Assembly (NCBI GenBank): GCA_003602575.1
Contig: QQRY01000018.1
Span: 21,632 to 85,631 of the forward strand
DNA from: Candidatus Poseidoniales archaeon
GTDB lineage: Archaea > Thermoplasmatota > Poseidoniia > Poseidoniales > Poseidoniaceae
DNA: 64,000 nucleotides
Direction of reading: 5' to 3'
Part shown: positions 45,881 to 56,329 of the stretch, in pieces
Layout of the letters: every line of letters starts with the position of its first letter
Numbering within the stretch: position 1 is the first letter of the stretch
Translations under genes and position numbers: made by a program
Notes under the pieces: model-generated
Databases searched by the model: none
The model's input: only the letters and a program-made list of their open reading frames with translations
Told to the model about the DNA's origin: nothing

Positions 45881-46807
45881 ATGGTGGTGAGGGACATGGG
45901 TTTTGCACGTACAGTAATCGGTTTGTCTGCCCTTACTTCGGGTTTTTACTACCTGACCTCAGCCTCTAGTCTAACCGATACAGGTAAATGGACTTTGATT
46001 GGATTAACCTTTGCTTTCACTACTATTTGGGTTTTGATGGGCGGAAGAGGAATGATCAAGCCACCAGTTCAACAAGTGGCAACTCAGACAGTATCTGCTG
46101 AAGAAACCGTAGAAGAAGATTTAGAAGAAGATTCAGATATCCCTCAACCAGTAACTCAGGATTCGATGGATGGTGCTACTCTTCGTGAACGAAAATTAGC
46201 TAAAATAAAAGCAGCTGATTTAGAAAAACAAAGTTTAGAGTCTGATGATGATGAAATGAGTGGCCTTGACGAAGTCGAGGTTGAAATAGAAGAATTACAT
46301 ACGGCAGATGAATATGTTGTTGAGGTAAGTCCTGAATCTGTTGAAGATGCAGACATTGAAGTTACGGTTTCTAATCGTAGAATCAAGCATCAAGAAATTA
46401 GAAACAGAATCGAGAAAAGACGCAGAGGTCAATTGGCAGAGATTAGAGCATCAACTGTTAGGATGTGGGAAGAACATACAGCAGGTGAAGACTTAGTTGC
46501 TGTTCTTCAAACCGAAAACCATGGTCAAACCGTTCTTGTCGAACCAGAAAATCCACAACCAGGGCATATTTATGGTGCTACCTTCATAAGATTAGACGAA
46601 AGTAAAATTCTGAAATTGAGAACCCCTCTAGATGATGGTTTCGAAGAAGTTGAAAAGAAGCCTAAATTGCCAGATTTATTAGGTCCTGATGGCAATCCTT
46701 TGCCACCATTACCAGAACTTGGTGAACTACCTCTCCCGCCACTTCCTGTAGCAAATTCGTCTGCAAGTAGTGCTTTGGCAGCGTTGAAAGATGAAATGGA
46801 AGATTAA
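45881..46807 (+). CDS. Hypothetical membrane-anchored acidic/Pro-rich protein
   Basis: Two N-terminal TM segments, Glu/Asp-rich middle, LPPLP repeats at the C-terminus. Confidence 0.65.
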   Translation: MVVRDMGFARTVIGLSALTSGFYYLTSASSLTDTGKWTLIGLTFAFTTIWVLMGGRGMIKPPVQQVATQTVSAEETVEEDLEEDSDIPQPVTQDSMDGATLRERKLAKIKAADLEKQSLESDDDEMSGLDEVEVEIEELHTADEYVVEVSPESVEDADIEVTVSNRRIKHQEIRNRIEKRRRGQLAEIRASTVRMWEEHTAGEDLVAVLQTENHGQTVLVEPENPQPGHIYGATFIRLDESKILKLRTPLDDGFEEVEKKPKLPDLLGPDGNPLPPLPELGELPLPPLPVANSSASSALAALKDEMED

Positions 46808-46820
46808 AGAGGCCATATCG

Positions 46821-47543
46821 ATGATCTCTGAACAAGAATCAAAAATCATCGAGGGTTCAAATAAAAGAAGATTAGCACTACTTGGATTGATTTTGGTAGC
46901 GATTGCGCCCAGCGTTTCAGTAATTACCGGCTTCGCTTTCAAAGCAGGCCTGTTGGCAATTTTTGTATTCGTTTTTACTAAGGTATGGATTTTTGGATTA
47001 CCTGCTTTTTGGTATTTGCGCATAGAGAAAGGCGAAAAGTCATTCTCATTACCAGAAAATGGAGGATGGAAAGTATCTACTCTTCTTGGAATTGGAATGC
47101 TAATAGTGATATTTATTGCATATTTTTCTATAGGCGATAAGTTACTCAGGGCGGATGAGTTGACTGAGATTTTAGATACTGTTGGATTGACTGTTGCTTG
47201 GAAATTTGCTTTGGCAATAATTTTCTGGGTCTTCATTAATTCAGTATTAGAAGAATATGTATTTAGGTGGTTTATTACTTCGAAAATTGAACAGTTGATA
47301 GGTGGCGTTTGGATTCCAATTTTCCTATCTGCTGGTATTTTTACAATTCATCATACGATAGCATTAGCATTTTTTATTGATCCATTGGGCAATTTCATTG
47401 CATCACTCGGAGTTTTTATTGGAGGAGCAATATTTTCTTGGTTGTATATGCGCTATCGTAGCATATGGGTTGCGTGGGTTGCTCATGCAATTGCAGATAT
47501 TGCGATTTTCATAATTGGTTGGAATATGGTAATCGGCTTTTGA
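46821..47543 (+). CDS. CPBP (CAAX/Rce1-like) intramembrane glutamic endopeptidase
   Basis: LEEYVFR, FTIHH and HAIAD motifs. Confidence 0.88.
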   Translation: MISEQESKIIEGSNKRRLALLGLILVAIAPSVSVITGFAFKAGLLAIFVFVFTKVWIFGLPAFWYLRIEKGEKSFSLPENGGWKVSTLLGIGMLIVIFIAYFSIGDKLLRADELTEILDTVGLTVAWKFALAIIFWVFINSVLEEYVFRWFITSKIEQLIGGVWIPIFLSAGIFTIHHTIALAFFIDPLGNFIASLGVFIGGAIFSWLYMRYRSIWVAWVAHAIADIAIFIIGWNMVIGF

Positions 47544-48395
47544 TTACTTGTGTTTCCATTGAGCAGTCTCTCTATTCAAGAATGCTTGTACACCTATTTC
47601 CTTATCTTCAGTATCAAATAGTCCAGCAAAAGCCTCGGCTTCGATTGCAACGCCTTCTTGCAGTCCAACCTCTAGAGAAGTCCTGATAGTCGATTTTGCT
47701 ACTGCTAGAGTATTGGAGGATTTACTCGAGATAATTTTAGCCATATTCATTGTGAAATCTAATAGTTCATCAGGACTAACCACATGATTAACTAAGCCTA
47801 TTTTGTATGCTTCATCTGCATCTATCCTTTCTCCAGTCATTATCAACTCCATAGTCTTGCCATAGCCGAGTAATTTCATCAGGCGTTGTGTTGCTCCATA
47901 TCCCGGAATAAGGCCGAGATTGATTTCAGGAGTTCCAAATTTAGAACGAGAACTTGCAATTCGTATATCGCAAGAACAAGCAACTTCACATCCGCCTCCA
48001 AGAGCAAAACCATCTACCATTGCAATTGTAGGTTTGCTTAGCGACCAAATGGCTTCAACACCATTATCGGTAAATTGAATTTTTATGTCTTTGCTATTTT
48101 TCCCAACAAACTCTGTAATATCTGCGCCGGCAACAAAAGCATTAGGTTTCGCCTTTTTACCTTCTGGTGGAGGTAATGGCTGAGCCCCAGTAATTACCAC
48201 ACAGCGAACCGATTCTTCAGATTCAACCCACTTACACATAGTTTTGATAGAGTTCATGACATCAGAATTTAATGCATTCAATTTATTTGGACGATTGATT
48301 GTCACTAATGCTATACTTCCTTTACTGGTATCTTCTCCATCTGATGCAATTAATTCAACTTGAAGAACCTCGCTTTGTGGTGCGCTCATGACCAT
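47544..48395 (-). CDS. Enoyl-CoA hydratase (crotonase, PaaF/Crt-like)
   Basis: NRPNKLNAL, AFVAGADI, GFALGGGCE, PEINLGLIPG; both catalytic Glu present. Confidence 0.9.
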   Translation of the reverse strand: MVMSAPQSEVLQVELIASDGEDTSKGSIALVTINRPNKLNALNSDVMNSIKTMCKWVESEESVRCVVITGAQPLPPPEGKKAKPNAFVAGADITEFVGKNSKDIKIQFTDNGVEAIWSLSKPTIAMVDGFALGGGCEVACSCDIRIASSRSKFGTPEINLGLIPGYGATQRLMKLLGYGKTMELIMTGERIDADEAYKIGLVNHVVSPDELLDFTMNMAKIISSKSSNTLAVAKSTIRTSLEVGLQEGVAIEAEAFAGLFDTEDKEIGVQAFLNRETAQWKHK

Positions 48396-48476
48396 GCCAG
48401 TGGGATGGACTTCATGATTTATCCGTATTAATTTGTTAAACCAATAGTAAAAAGCGGAGCGATGTTAGGTCATAAT

Positions 48477-49256
48477 ATGGGTGGAACAGAAGTAGCTTTG
48501 GTCAAAGCGGTTGATATGGCTAAGAAATACGGCGACTTCATCGCTTTACACCCGTTGAATGTTGAAGTTCATTCAGGCGAATTCTTCGGAGTTTTTGGAC
48601 CAAATGGCGCAGGTAAATCGACATTCATAAAATTACTAACGGGGCAGTTAAAGCCAAGTAAGGGATTGATAGAAATTTTAGGAATTAATGCAGTAAAAGA
48701 TCCGCAGAAACTCAAAGCGAATATTGGTATTGTTCCTGAATCAGAATCACCACCATCATTTCTAACCCCTGTCGAATTTCTTGAATTTGTAGCAACGTTG
48801 AGAAATGTTGAGGATATTAAGAATGAAGTTGAGTATTGGCTAGATTGGTTTGGACTTGAAGAGAAAAGAAACACAATGTGCAAAGACCTATCCAAGGGTC
48901 AACGACAAAAGGTTATGCTGGCAGCAGCCTTCATTCATAGACCAAAGTTATTATTTCTAGATGAACCCTTTGCTAATTTAGATCCAATATACCAGCGCAA
49001 ATGTAGGCAATGGTTGCTCGATCATGTTGAAAATGGCGGAACTATATTCCTGTGTTCTCACGTACTAGAGATGGCGGAGAGGATGTGTAATAGAATGGCT
49101 ATAATCAATGACGGTAAAGTCCTTGCTGCAGGCTCAGTTAGTGACCTAAAAATTTCAACTGAAGAGACATTAGAAGATGTTTTTATTAGACTAGTTGGCC
49201 GTTCTATCGAAGATATGGAGCGGATTAATGAAGAAGGGATATCTGAGGAGGAATAG
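48477..49256 (+). CDS. ABC transporter ATP-binding protein (export type)
   Basis: GPNGAGKS, LSKGQRQK, LFLDEP, SH. Confidence 0.93.
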   Translation: MGGTEVALVKAVDMAKKYGDFIALHPLNVEVHSGEFFGVFGPNGAGKSTFIKLLTGQLKPSKGLIEILGINAVKDPQKLKANIGIVPESESPPSFLTPVEFLEFVATLRNVEDIKNEVEYWLDWFGLEEKRNTMCKDLSKGQRQKVMLAAAFIHRPKLLFLDEPFANLDPIYQRKCRQWLLDHVENGGTIFLCSHVLEMAERMCNRMAIINDGKVLAAGSVSDLKISTEETLEDVFIRLVGRSIEDMERINEEGISEEE

Positions 49257-49258
49257 GT

Positions 49259-50953
49259 TTGCCTGGTATTTTGATTTCATCTAAGGATTGGGATGAAGTC
49301 GAACCTAACACTAAAATGACCAATTTAGGAACAGGTTCCTTGGGTCAAAAATTACATACTCCAATGCGTGGTTTTTCTGCTTTTATTGCAACCTTCAAAG
49401 TAATGTTCAAGGAAGAGTTTAGGAAAAATATTGAATTTGCCAAAGCAAGGCAAGTAGTTCTTTTCCCTCTTTTATTGTCAGTAGTTACTATGATTTCAAC
49501 AATCGGATTACAATTCCTTGTTGGGGACTCTGCCGCACAAACCAGTGACATCGAATCTAAAACCTTCACATGGCAGGAATTACGATTTGGCTTGCATCTG
49601 CCATTACTAGTGTTTAGTCTAGGGATGGGCACATTTGCTTTCATGGGCCGTGAAGCTTTAATCAGAAGGACGGGGACAAAGAATTTCTTACTTGCATCAC
49701 CTGCTCTACAACCTTTGCCAAACTCAGTAGCCCATTTTGTATATTTTGTGAAGGACTTATGCTTCTATGTATTACTAATTCTTTCTCCAATAATTTTTGG
49801 AATGTTTTTAGGAATTGGTCTTGAGACGGTTGCATCGATTAACACTCCACTAGAACTTAGTAGCCTTCCATGGACATGGATTGCAATGGTTGTTACTCTC
49901 GCTCAAGGATTAGTATTTTCGTTTTTAGCCTCTGCATTATGGATGCGTGGTAGACCGTATACTGTGCTTGGCCCTGTAGTGATAGTTTTATTCGGAATTT
50001 CAGCAGGTGTCGGAGTTTTTGATCTAGAATGGTTTTTGCTTGGACTAAAAGTACAGTCTAGTCAAAATTTCTTAATTGCTTTATTGTCATTCACCATCTG
50101 TATAGGTCTTGGCTACCTATCCTCTTTATTGATTATAGATGACTTTGATGTAAGCGTAGTTGAGAAAGGAGATATGCTAGAACCAATCTATCAGAAACTA
50201 GGTTTCCTCGGTAAGGGCGAGGTTAGGCTAATCGTTGCTAAGGAATTCGTAGATTTATTCCGCTCAGGTTCTATAAAAAAGATGACAGTATCTTATGCTA
50301 TACCTCTCTTAGTATTACTAGGAATGGCTTGGCTGATCGACTTCGCTGAAGCCCCAATTCCAATTAATTTACTATCATATGCTCCATTCTTGGGATTTTT
50401 TGGATTCAATTTTTATTCTTGGCTGACAATTCTAGATTCTCCTGAATTCATGAATGGTCTTCCATTGAGGGTTCCGCAATTAATCAGGGCAAAAGTCGTA
50501 GTTTACTTTTTAGCAACTTCATGGATTTCTCTAATATTCATTGTTTTGATGGCTTGGAGATTAGATGAGTGGGCCTCTCTTCCAACCAGTATTATTGTGA
50601 TGTTTGCCAACTCAATATACATTGTAGCCTTAACTGCTTATCTAATGGGCCTTAGGCCAAATCAAGCAATATTCGATGCATCGATAATGATATGGTTTTG
50701 GATAGGTACAGTTTTACCACTTCTCGGGCTATTTTTACTTTCATTCACGCAAGGAGATGTCTCACTTTATGGTAATTGGTGGGAGCGTGCTTCTCAGGAT
50801 GGCCTTGCAGCAACAGCGACAATGTATGATGAAAGTCTAGTTCAGCAGGGGTATATGGGCATGATAATAATATCAGTCATCCTTCTAATGGCATCCACGC
50901 TATTATGGAAATTGATGGATAGGCGATGGGGCAATTCACATTTCAACAATTAA
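49259..50953 (+). CDS. Putative ABC exporter permease
   Basis: About 12 TM segments in two halves (KEEFRK and KEFVDL starts); directly after the ABC ATPase; TTG start. Confidence 0.7.
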   Translation: MPGILISSKDWDEVEPNTKMTNLGTGSLGQKLHTPMRGFSAFIATFKVMFKEEFRKNIEFAKARQVVLFPLLLSVVTMISTIGLQFLVGDSAAQTSDIESKTFTWQELRFGLHLPLLVFSLGMGTFAFMGREALIRRTGTKNFLLASPALQPLPNSVAHFVYFVKDLCFYVLLILSPIIFGMFLGIGLETVASINTPLELSSLPWTWIAMVVTLAQGLVFSFLASALWMRGRPYTVLGPVVIVLFGISAGVGVFDLEWFLLGLKVQSSQNFLIALLSFTICIGLGYLSSLLIIDDFDVSVVEKGDMLEPIYQKLGFLGKGEVRLIVAKEFVDLFRSGSIKKMTVSYAIPLLVLLGMAWLIDFAEAPIPINLLSYAPFLGFFGFNFYSWLTILDSPEFMNGLPLRVPQLIRAKVVVYFLATSWISLIFIVLMAWRLDEWASLPTSIIVMFANSIYIVALTAYLMGLRPNQAIFDASIMIWFWIGTVLPLLGLFLLSFTQGDVSLYGNWWERASQDGLAATATMYDESLVQQGYMGMIIISVILLMASTLLWKLMDRRWGNSHFNN

Positions 50954-51021
50954 TTATTTTAATTCAAATTATGCTTTGGCATGAGAGGTATATTCAAGGG
51001 CATCCTTCTCAACGCTAGTCC

Positions 51022-51585
51022 ATGGGAAGAGTCCTTGCCGTGTGTGGTTTGCCTGGCTCAGGTAAGGGCGAGTTTGCGGCTGTAATACGTCGTTCTGGCA
51101 TCCCTATTTTATCGATGGGAGATATGGTTAGGGCCGAAGTCACTAGACTTGGAGTAGAGGAAAGCCCTGGTATCTTTGGACAAGTAGCAGCTCAGTTGAG
51201 GGCTGAGTTTGGCGATGATGTATTGGCAAAGAGGCTATGTGATGCAGTGGACGAATTGCTTGAAGAGCACAAGATTATTCTTATTGAGGGGCTTCGGGGC
51301 ACTGCAGAATTTGATTTATTTCACTCTAGGTGGGGCGATTCATTTTCAACAATAGCGATAACAGCATCAATGGATGTTAGATTTCAAAGAATTCAGAGCA
51401 GAGGTCGTTCTGAAGACGGAGATTATGCGGCTTTTGAAGTAAGAGAGAAACGTGAAACAGGATGGGGTCTTGATAAATTAATTGAATCAGCAGATATCGT
51501 ATTACCTAACGATTCCAATCTCGAAGATTTCTATTCCCTTTGTGAAAACTGGCTTGAACAGGTTAAATCCCACGATGGCTTTTGA
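51022..51585 (+). CDS. Archaeal nucleotide-kinase-like P-loop protein (UPF0200/dephospho-CoA kinase-like)
   Basis: GLPGSGKG, SMGDMVR, IEGLR, RGRSED, RE.RE..WG, ADIVLPND. Confidence 0.75.
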   Translation: MGRVLAVCGLPGSGKGEFAAVIRRSGIPILSMGDMVRAEVTRLGVEESPGIFGQVAAQLRAEFGDDVLAKRLCDAVDELLEEHKIILIEGLRGTAEFDLFHSRWGDSFSTIAITASMDVRFQRIQSRGRSEDGDYAAFEVREKRETGWGLDKLIESADIVLPNDSNLEDFYSLCENWLEQVKSHDGF

Positions 51586-51681
51586 TTTTGTCTCGCAGGG
51601 TATTGATTTTAGGACAAAATTTCACCGAAGTGTTATAGTCGTCCGAGGCGTGTGATAGATTGCTTCGGCGAGGGATGATGT

Positions 51682-53205
51682 ATGGCGCGAAAAAAAGGGA
51701 GTAGAGGTAAACGCCAAAGAGCCCAGCAAAGAGCGCAGTATGATGAGCTTGACAAATATCCTGTTTTACCGCCTCACGCATTCGCTAGAGTGGTAAGAGA
51801 TAGGCAAACTCTAAACATTATTTATCAAATTATTGAACCGCCTATGACTAAGAAAGAAGAAGGCTATAGGGACGAAATAATGGATATTTTCATCCGTTCA
51901 TTAACAGCAAATATTGAAGAGATAGATGCCAATCCAGAAGCATACATCAGAACAGCTATGGATAAAGTAATCAAATCTTATGGGATGAAAATTAATAAGA
52001 AATCCAAGTCAAAAATCTTCTATTATCTAAGAAGAGATTTGATCGGTTACGGTCAGATGGACGTTTTAATGAATGATGCAAACGTAGAAGATATTTCCTG
52101 CGATGGAACAAATGTCCCAATTTTTGCTTATCATCGAAAGTTTGAATCTGTTGAAACAACCTGTGTTTGGCCAGAAGATGATATGCTTGAATCATATGTA
52201 ATCAAACTGGCACAGCGTTGCGGTAAGCACATTTCAGTCGCCGATCCACTTTTAGATGCAACATTGATGGATGGTTCAAGAATTGTTATGAAACTTGGAC
52301 ATGAAGTTTCCACTCGAGGTTCATCATTCTGTATTCGAAGATTCAAGGATGACCCATTTTCTCCTGCCGACATTATCGCGTTTAGAACAATGTCTTCTCT
52401 AATGGTCGCTTACCTTTGGATTGCATTCCAAAATGAAGTACCTATGCTGTTCGTAGGTGGTACCGCATCGGGCAAGACTACCACGCTAAACGCAATGTGT
52501 ATTTTTATTCCTTGGCAGATGAAAATCGTATCAATCGAATCAACTCGTGAAGTTAACATTCCTCAACCAAACTGGGTGCCCGGCCTTACTAGGCAAGGTT
52601 TTGGAGGTGAATCTTCAGAGGGAGTTATTGGTGAGTTCGAGTTACTAAAAGCAGCACTTCGTGAGCGGCCGGAATATATCATTGTTGGTGAGATTCGTGG
52701 TGCTGAAGCATACGTTCTATTCCAGGCTATGGCTACAGGCCACTGCGCCTATTCAACAGTTCACGCTGATTCGGTTCCATCTCTTGTTCACAGATTAGAG
52801 AATAAACCAATTGACATTCCGCGTGTTCTTCTTCCTGCACTTGAAGCATGTTCTATTCAGATTCAAACAAGAATAAACGGAAAGCGTGTTCGAAGAACAA
52901 AGCAACTTGTTGAGATCGTTGGAATAGACCCTAACTCTTTGGAAGTGATAACAAATGAAGTATTCCGTTGGGACGTAACAACCGATGATTTCATATTTAG
53001 TGGAAAATCCTATGTCCTCGAGAAAATCATGGTAAAACTCAATTATTCTCAGGATGATATGAGAAGAGAATTGAGGACTCGTAAAAGAATTCTTGAATGG
53101 ATGGTATTGAATGATATACGTAAGGCTGACCAAGTGTCACAGATAGTCACTGAATACTATGTACGTCCAAATGAAATTCTAGCACGTGTCGACGGTCTAC
53201 GTTGA
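51682..53205 (+). CDS. pilB: Archaeal type IV pilus assembly ATPase (PilB/FlaI family)
   Basis: VEDISCDG, DATLMDGSR, GGTASGKTT, ESTRE, RERPEYIIVGEIRG, AMATGH. Confidence 0.9.
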   Translation: MARKKGSRGKRQRAQQRAQYDELDKYPVLPPHAFARVVRDRQTLNIIYQIIEPPMTKKEEGYRDEIMDIFIRSLTANIEEIDANPEAYIRTAMDKVIKSYGMKINKKSKSKIFYYLRRDLIGYGQMDVLMNDANVEDISCDGTNVPIFAYHRKFESVETTCVWPEDDMLESYVIKLAQRCGKHISVADPLLDATLMDGSRIVMKLGHEVSTRGSSFCIRRFKDDPFSPADIIAFRTMSSLMVAYLWIAFQNEVPMLFVGGTASGKTTTLNAMCIFIPWQMKIVSIESTREVNIPQPNWVPGLTRQGFGGESSEGVIGEFELLKAALRERPEYIIVGEIRGAEAYVLFQAMATGHCAYSTVHADSVPSLVHRLENKPIDIPRVLLPALEACSIQIQTRINGKRVRRTKQLVEIVGIDPNSLEVITNEVFRWDVTTDDFIFSGKSYVLEKIMVKLNYSQDDMRRELRTRKRILEWMVLNDIRKADQVSQIVTEYYVRPNEILARVDGLR

Positions 53206-53218
53206 TGGGGGAATAAGA

Positions 53219-54238
53219 ATGGAACTAACCGCTTGGCAGAGATTCTGCAATAGAATCCTTGGTCGTTTGGTTAAGAAAAGAGCGCGTAGGGATAAAGAAC
53301 TTGCAGATAATTTAGTCAAGGGTTCTATGGGAATAATGCCTGAAGTTTATCTTTCAACTGTAATAATAACTTCCTTAGCTATAGTTCTAATCTGCTGGGG
53401 TATTGTATCCTTATTTTTCATACCTGAGATTGGAGTTATTGCTTTTTGGGAAGGACTTCAAGACCCAGCCACAATTAACCCATGCCTTGACTGGGAGTAT
53501 TGGTCGCCCGAATTAATAGATAACTCAAAACCAGGAAATGGTTGTCCAGAATATGAAACTAGAGTATTCCCTGTAGCATTACAGGGAGTTATATTAGTAG
53601 TTGGAGGAGTAATTATCCCTTATGCTGGATTCAAATTAGTTCGCGGCGGTGCGAAGCGTGAAGCAGATAGAAGAGGCGCACAAATTGAAAAATATCTTCC
53701 ATACGCTGCTTCTTACACTGCTGCTATGTCTGCAGCGAATGCCACCCCTGCCAAAATCTTCCGCTCTTTAGCTATGAACAGTGATATTTATGGCGATGTA
53801 GCAGATGATGCAGGATTAATTTATCGTGACGTTACTCTACTTGGGTATGACTTGATTACTGCGATAAAAATGAGTGTGGATAGGGCGGCATCAATTTGGC
53901 TGACAGAGTTTTTCCAAGGGATGGTCGGAACACTGACTGCTGGTGGCCATTTGAAGTTGTATTTCCTTAACAGAGCTGAACATTACATGAGAGAAAATAG
54001 AACAAGACTTCAACAATTTTTGGAATCTATTGCACTACTTGCCGAATCATATATTGTAGTCGCAGTTGCTATGCCTCTATTTTTGATAGTCATGCTTGTA
54101 ATTATGTTCTGGGTTTCAGGTTCAGGTGCACAGATGTCGGAAGGCATGCTATATGGCATCGTTCTAGGATTCATACCCATGATCCACCTTGCTTATGCGG
54201 TATTGGTTTACACAAGTAGTAAGGAACAAGAAATGTGA
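53219..54238 (+). CDS. Type II secretion system F / TadC-like pilus platform protein
   Basis: IEKYLPYA...SAA, YGDVA, LLGYDLITA, LAESY followed by TM helices. Confidence 0.85.
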   Translation: MELTAWQRFCNRILGRLVKKRARRDKELADNLVKGSMGIMPEVYLSTVIITSLAIVLICWGIVSLFFIPEIGVIAFWEGLQDPATINPCLDWEYWSPELIDNSKPGNGCPEYETRVFPVALQGVILVVGGVIIPYAGFKLVRGGAKREADRRGAQIEKYLPYAASYTAAMSAANATPAKIFRSLAMNSDIYGDVADDAGLIYRDVTLLGYDLITAIKMSVDRAASIWLTEFFQGMVGTLTAGGHLKLYFLNRAEHYMRENRTRLQQFLESIALLAESYIVVAVAMPLFLIVMLVIMFWVSGSGAQMSEGMLYGIVLGFIPMIHLAYAVLVYTSSKEQEM

Positions 54239-54251
54239 TGGGGGTGATTTA

Positions 54252-55874
54252 ATGGCTAAGAAAAAGAAGAAAAAGATGGTTGTTGAACTCGACCTACCTA
54301 AGGATGATAAGACCTTGAAAAATCTCTACATCATCTTGTTCTTTTCGATAATAATCGGTCTAAGTTCAGGGATCATGTGGGCGGCGAACTCTAGTTTTAT
54401 TCCTACTTCTAACGGGGAGCCAATGTTTACCAACATATATTGTGGTGCTACAGCAGTCGACCAAGCCGGAAATCAAATGGGTGAAGAATTTTCTGGGGTG
54501 ACTAAACCATCGTATAGAGCCAATGAATCATGTTCAATTTTGAAAGATAACCCTGACAAATTAACATGGGTGGAACAACCATGGTTAAATTTCCAATCAG
54601 AAGGTAAAACATTCGATGTGCCCGGTATTCCGGAAGAAAATAGGCAAGGAGTGGTTGTGGTTCAACCATTGGAAATGAATTGTGAAGTTTTAGCATCCAC
54701 TCCAACAAAATATACTGCTGCAATTAGAGATTCTGATGGCAAGACATTATCATTTGTTAACGGGACAACAGGTAAAACAAGCGATGAATGTTTTGTCTCG
54801 ATAGATCATATCGAGCCAGGAGAAAGATATCAAGTTGTATTTTTTTCAGTAGATGAAACGTCATTATCCTCAGCCGAGTTTGATATTACAGTCGACTACT
54901 ATGATGGAATTCCAACCAACATGAATAATAAATCATTCTGGATTGGTCCTAAGATAGATGCAGGTCCATTTACGTTTAGACCAGCAATATTTCTAAATTT
55001 CTTTGGTTTAACATTCTTCTTTTTCATTTACCCGGCCTCATTTTATTGGGAGAAAGTTGAGAAAAAGAAGAACGAAGTAGAAGAGAAATTCCCTGATTTC
55101 CTCAGGGATATGGCTGAATATTGGAAAGGTGGATTGTCTATGACTGTTGCAGTTCAAACCTTGGCCAAATCAGAATATGGGGCACTCAATGACGAAGTCA
55201 AGAAAATGTCAGATCAACTAAGCTGGGGAATAAAATTCAGCGATGTAATCAAGCAGTTTGCTGAAAGGGTTGGAACTCCTCTAGTCAAGAGAGCAATTAC
55301 ATTGATTGCTGAAGCAGATAGAGCAGGTGGTAAAATCTCAGATATTTTGGTAACCGCTGCTAATGACTCTCGAGAAATTAAATTCTTAGAAGGTGAAAGA
55401 AGAAGAGCGATTGGGTCCTATATTGCAGTCATTTGGACTTCGTATTTCGTATTTTTAGGTGTTATCACCTTGCTTGGTAGAATCTTTATTCCAGCTATTG
55501 CTAAATCTAACTCTGGAGATTCCGGTGGAGATTCCGGTGGAGCCAATATCGGTAACATGCAGATTCGAGCCATCGACCCACTTTTCTTCGTCACTGTGTT
55601 TTACTATGGAGTAACCATGCAGGCTATCGGTAATGGTACGATGGCTGGGTTAATGGCAAATGGTCGGTTTTCAGCAGGGTTCAAACATTCAGGGATGATG
55701 ATTATAGCTGCATTAATTGCTTTCAATCTACTTGTTTTTAATCCAGAGTTGATTGGCGATTCAGCATATGCTGTTACTAAATTAATCACAACCCCCGGTT
55801 CTTCTTACATGATTGGACTTAATCCATCAGGGGGCACTTTCTCCCCTACTCCAATGTTCTGGGGTGCCCCTTAA
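54252..55874 (+). CDS. Second T2SS F / TadC-like platform protein with extracytoplasmic insertion
   Basis: EEKFPDFLRDMAE..KGG, YGALNDE, ADRAGG.I.DIL; SD GGGGTGA. Confidence 0.85.
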   Translation: MAKKKKKKMVVELDLPKDDKTLKNLYIILFFSIIIGLSSGIMWAANSSFIPTSNGEPMFTNIYCGATAVDQAGNQMGEEFSGVTKPSYRANESCSILKDNPDKLTWVEQPWLNFQSEGKTFDVPGIPEENRQGVVVVQPLEMNCEVLASTPTKYTAAIRDSDGKTLSFVNGTTGKTSDECFVSIDHIEPGERYQVVFFSVDETSLSSAEFDITVDYYDGIPTNMNNKSFWIGPKIDAGPFTFRPAIFLNFFGLTFFFFIYPASFYWEKVEKKKNEVEEKFPDFLRDMAEYWKGGLSMTVAVQTLAKSEYGALNDEVKKMSDQLSWGIKFSDVIKQFAERVGTPLVKRAITLIAEADRAGGKISDILVTAANDSREIKFLEGERRRAIGSYIAVIWTSYFVFLGVITLLGRIFIPAIAKSNSGDSGGDSGGANIGNMQIRAIDPLFFVTVFYYGVTMQAIGNGTMAGLMANGRFSAGFKHSGMMIIAALIAFNLLVFNPELIGDSAYAVTKLITTPGSSYMIGLNPSGGTFSPTPMFWGAP

Positions 55875-55888
55875 CGGAAGTTGATACA

Positions 55889-56329
55889 TTGCGTAATGAC
55901 GAGAATGCTCAGATACATATTCTTGAGATGTTGACATTATTTTGGCTATTTTTTATGTCTGCTACATTTCTTATTAGAATCGACGTCCCGGATTCGCCTT
56001 CAATCGCCCATGATTCTTCATTGGAAACTGCAGGCGAAACAGCATTCCTTTATGGATTAGGATTAGATGCTGAGATTGAAGGAGAAAATAGATTAACGGA
56101 ATTACTGAATAATAGCGACTTTGATGGAGCATGTGAATTATTACAAAACGCAATAATCAGCGGTAAAGAAAGTAACTGTTGGATTTCAAAAAATAGTGCA
56201 ACATCAGCACCTTATGGTTTGGTGGGAACTCCTTCTGGAACAACTTTTGCGGTTCATAATTTGGTGGTTATAGATGATGACCTATGGACAATCACACTAG
56301 ATGTTTGGAGTACTGGGGGTGGTGCATGA
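55889..56329 (+). CDS. Putative minor pilin (class III signal peptide-like)
   Basis: MRNDENA|QIHILE followed by a hydrophobic helix; directly after the platform genes; TTG start. Confidence 0.6.
   Translation: MRNDENAQIHILEMLTLFWLFFMSATFLIRIDVPDSPSIAHDSSLETAGETAFLYGLGLDAEIEGENRLTELLNNSDFDGACELLQNAIISGKESNCWISKNSATSAPYGLVGTPSGTTFAVHNLVVIDDDLWTITLDVWSTGGGA

Noticed and set aside
55515..55541. 12-bp tandem duplication GGAGATTCCGGT
   Set aside because: Encodes a GDSGGDSGG flexible loop; only two copies, with no sign of a separate function.
51682..55874. Archaellum (flaI/flaJ) operon
   Set aside because: No flaH, flaF/G or archaellins adjacent, and there are two separate TadC-like genes rather than one FlaJ.
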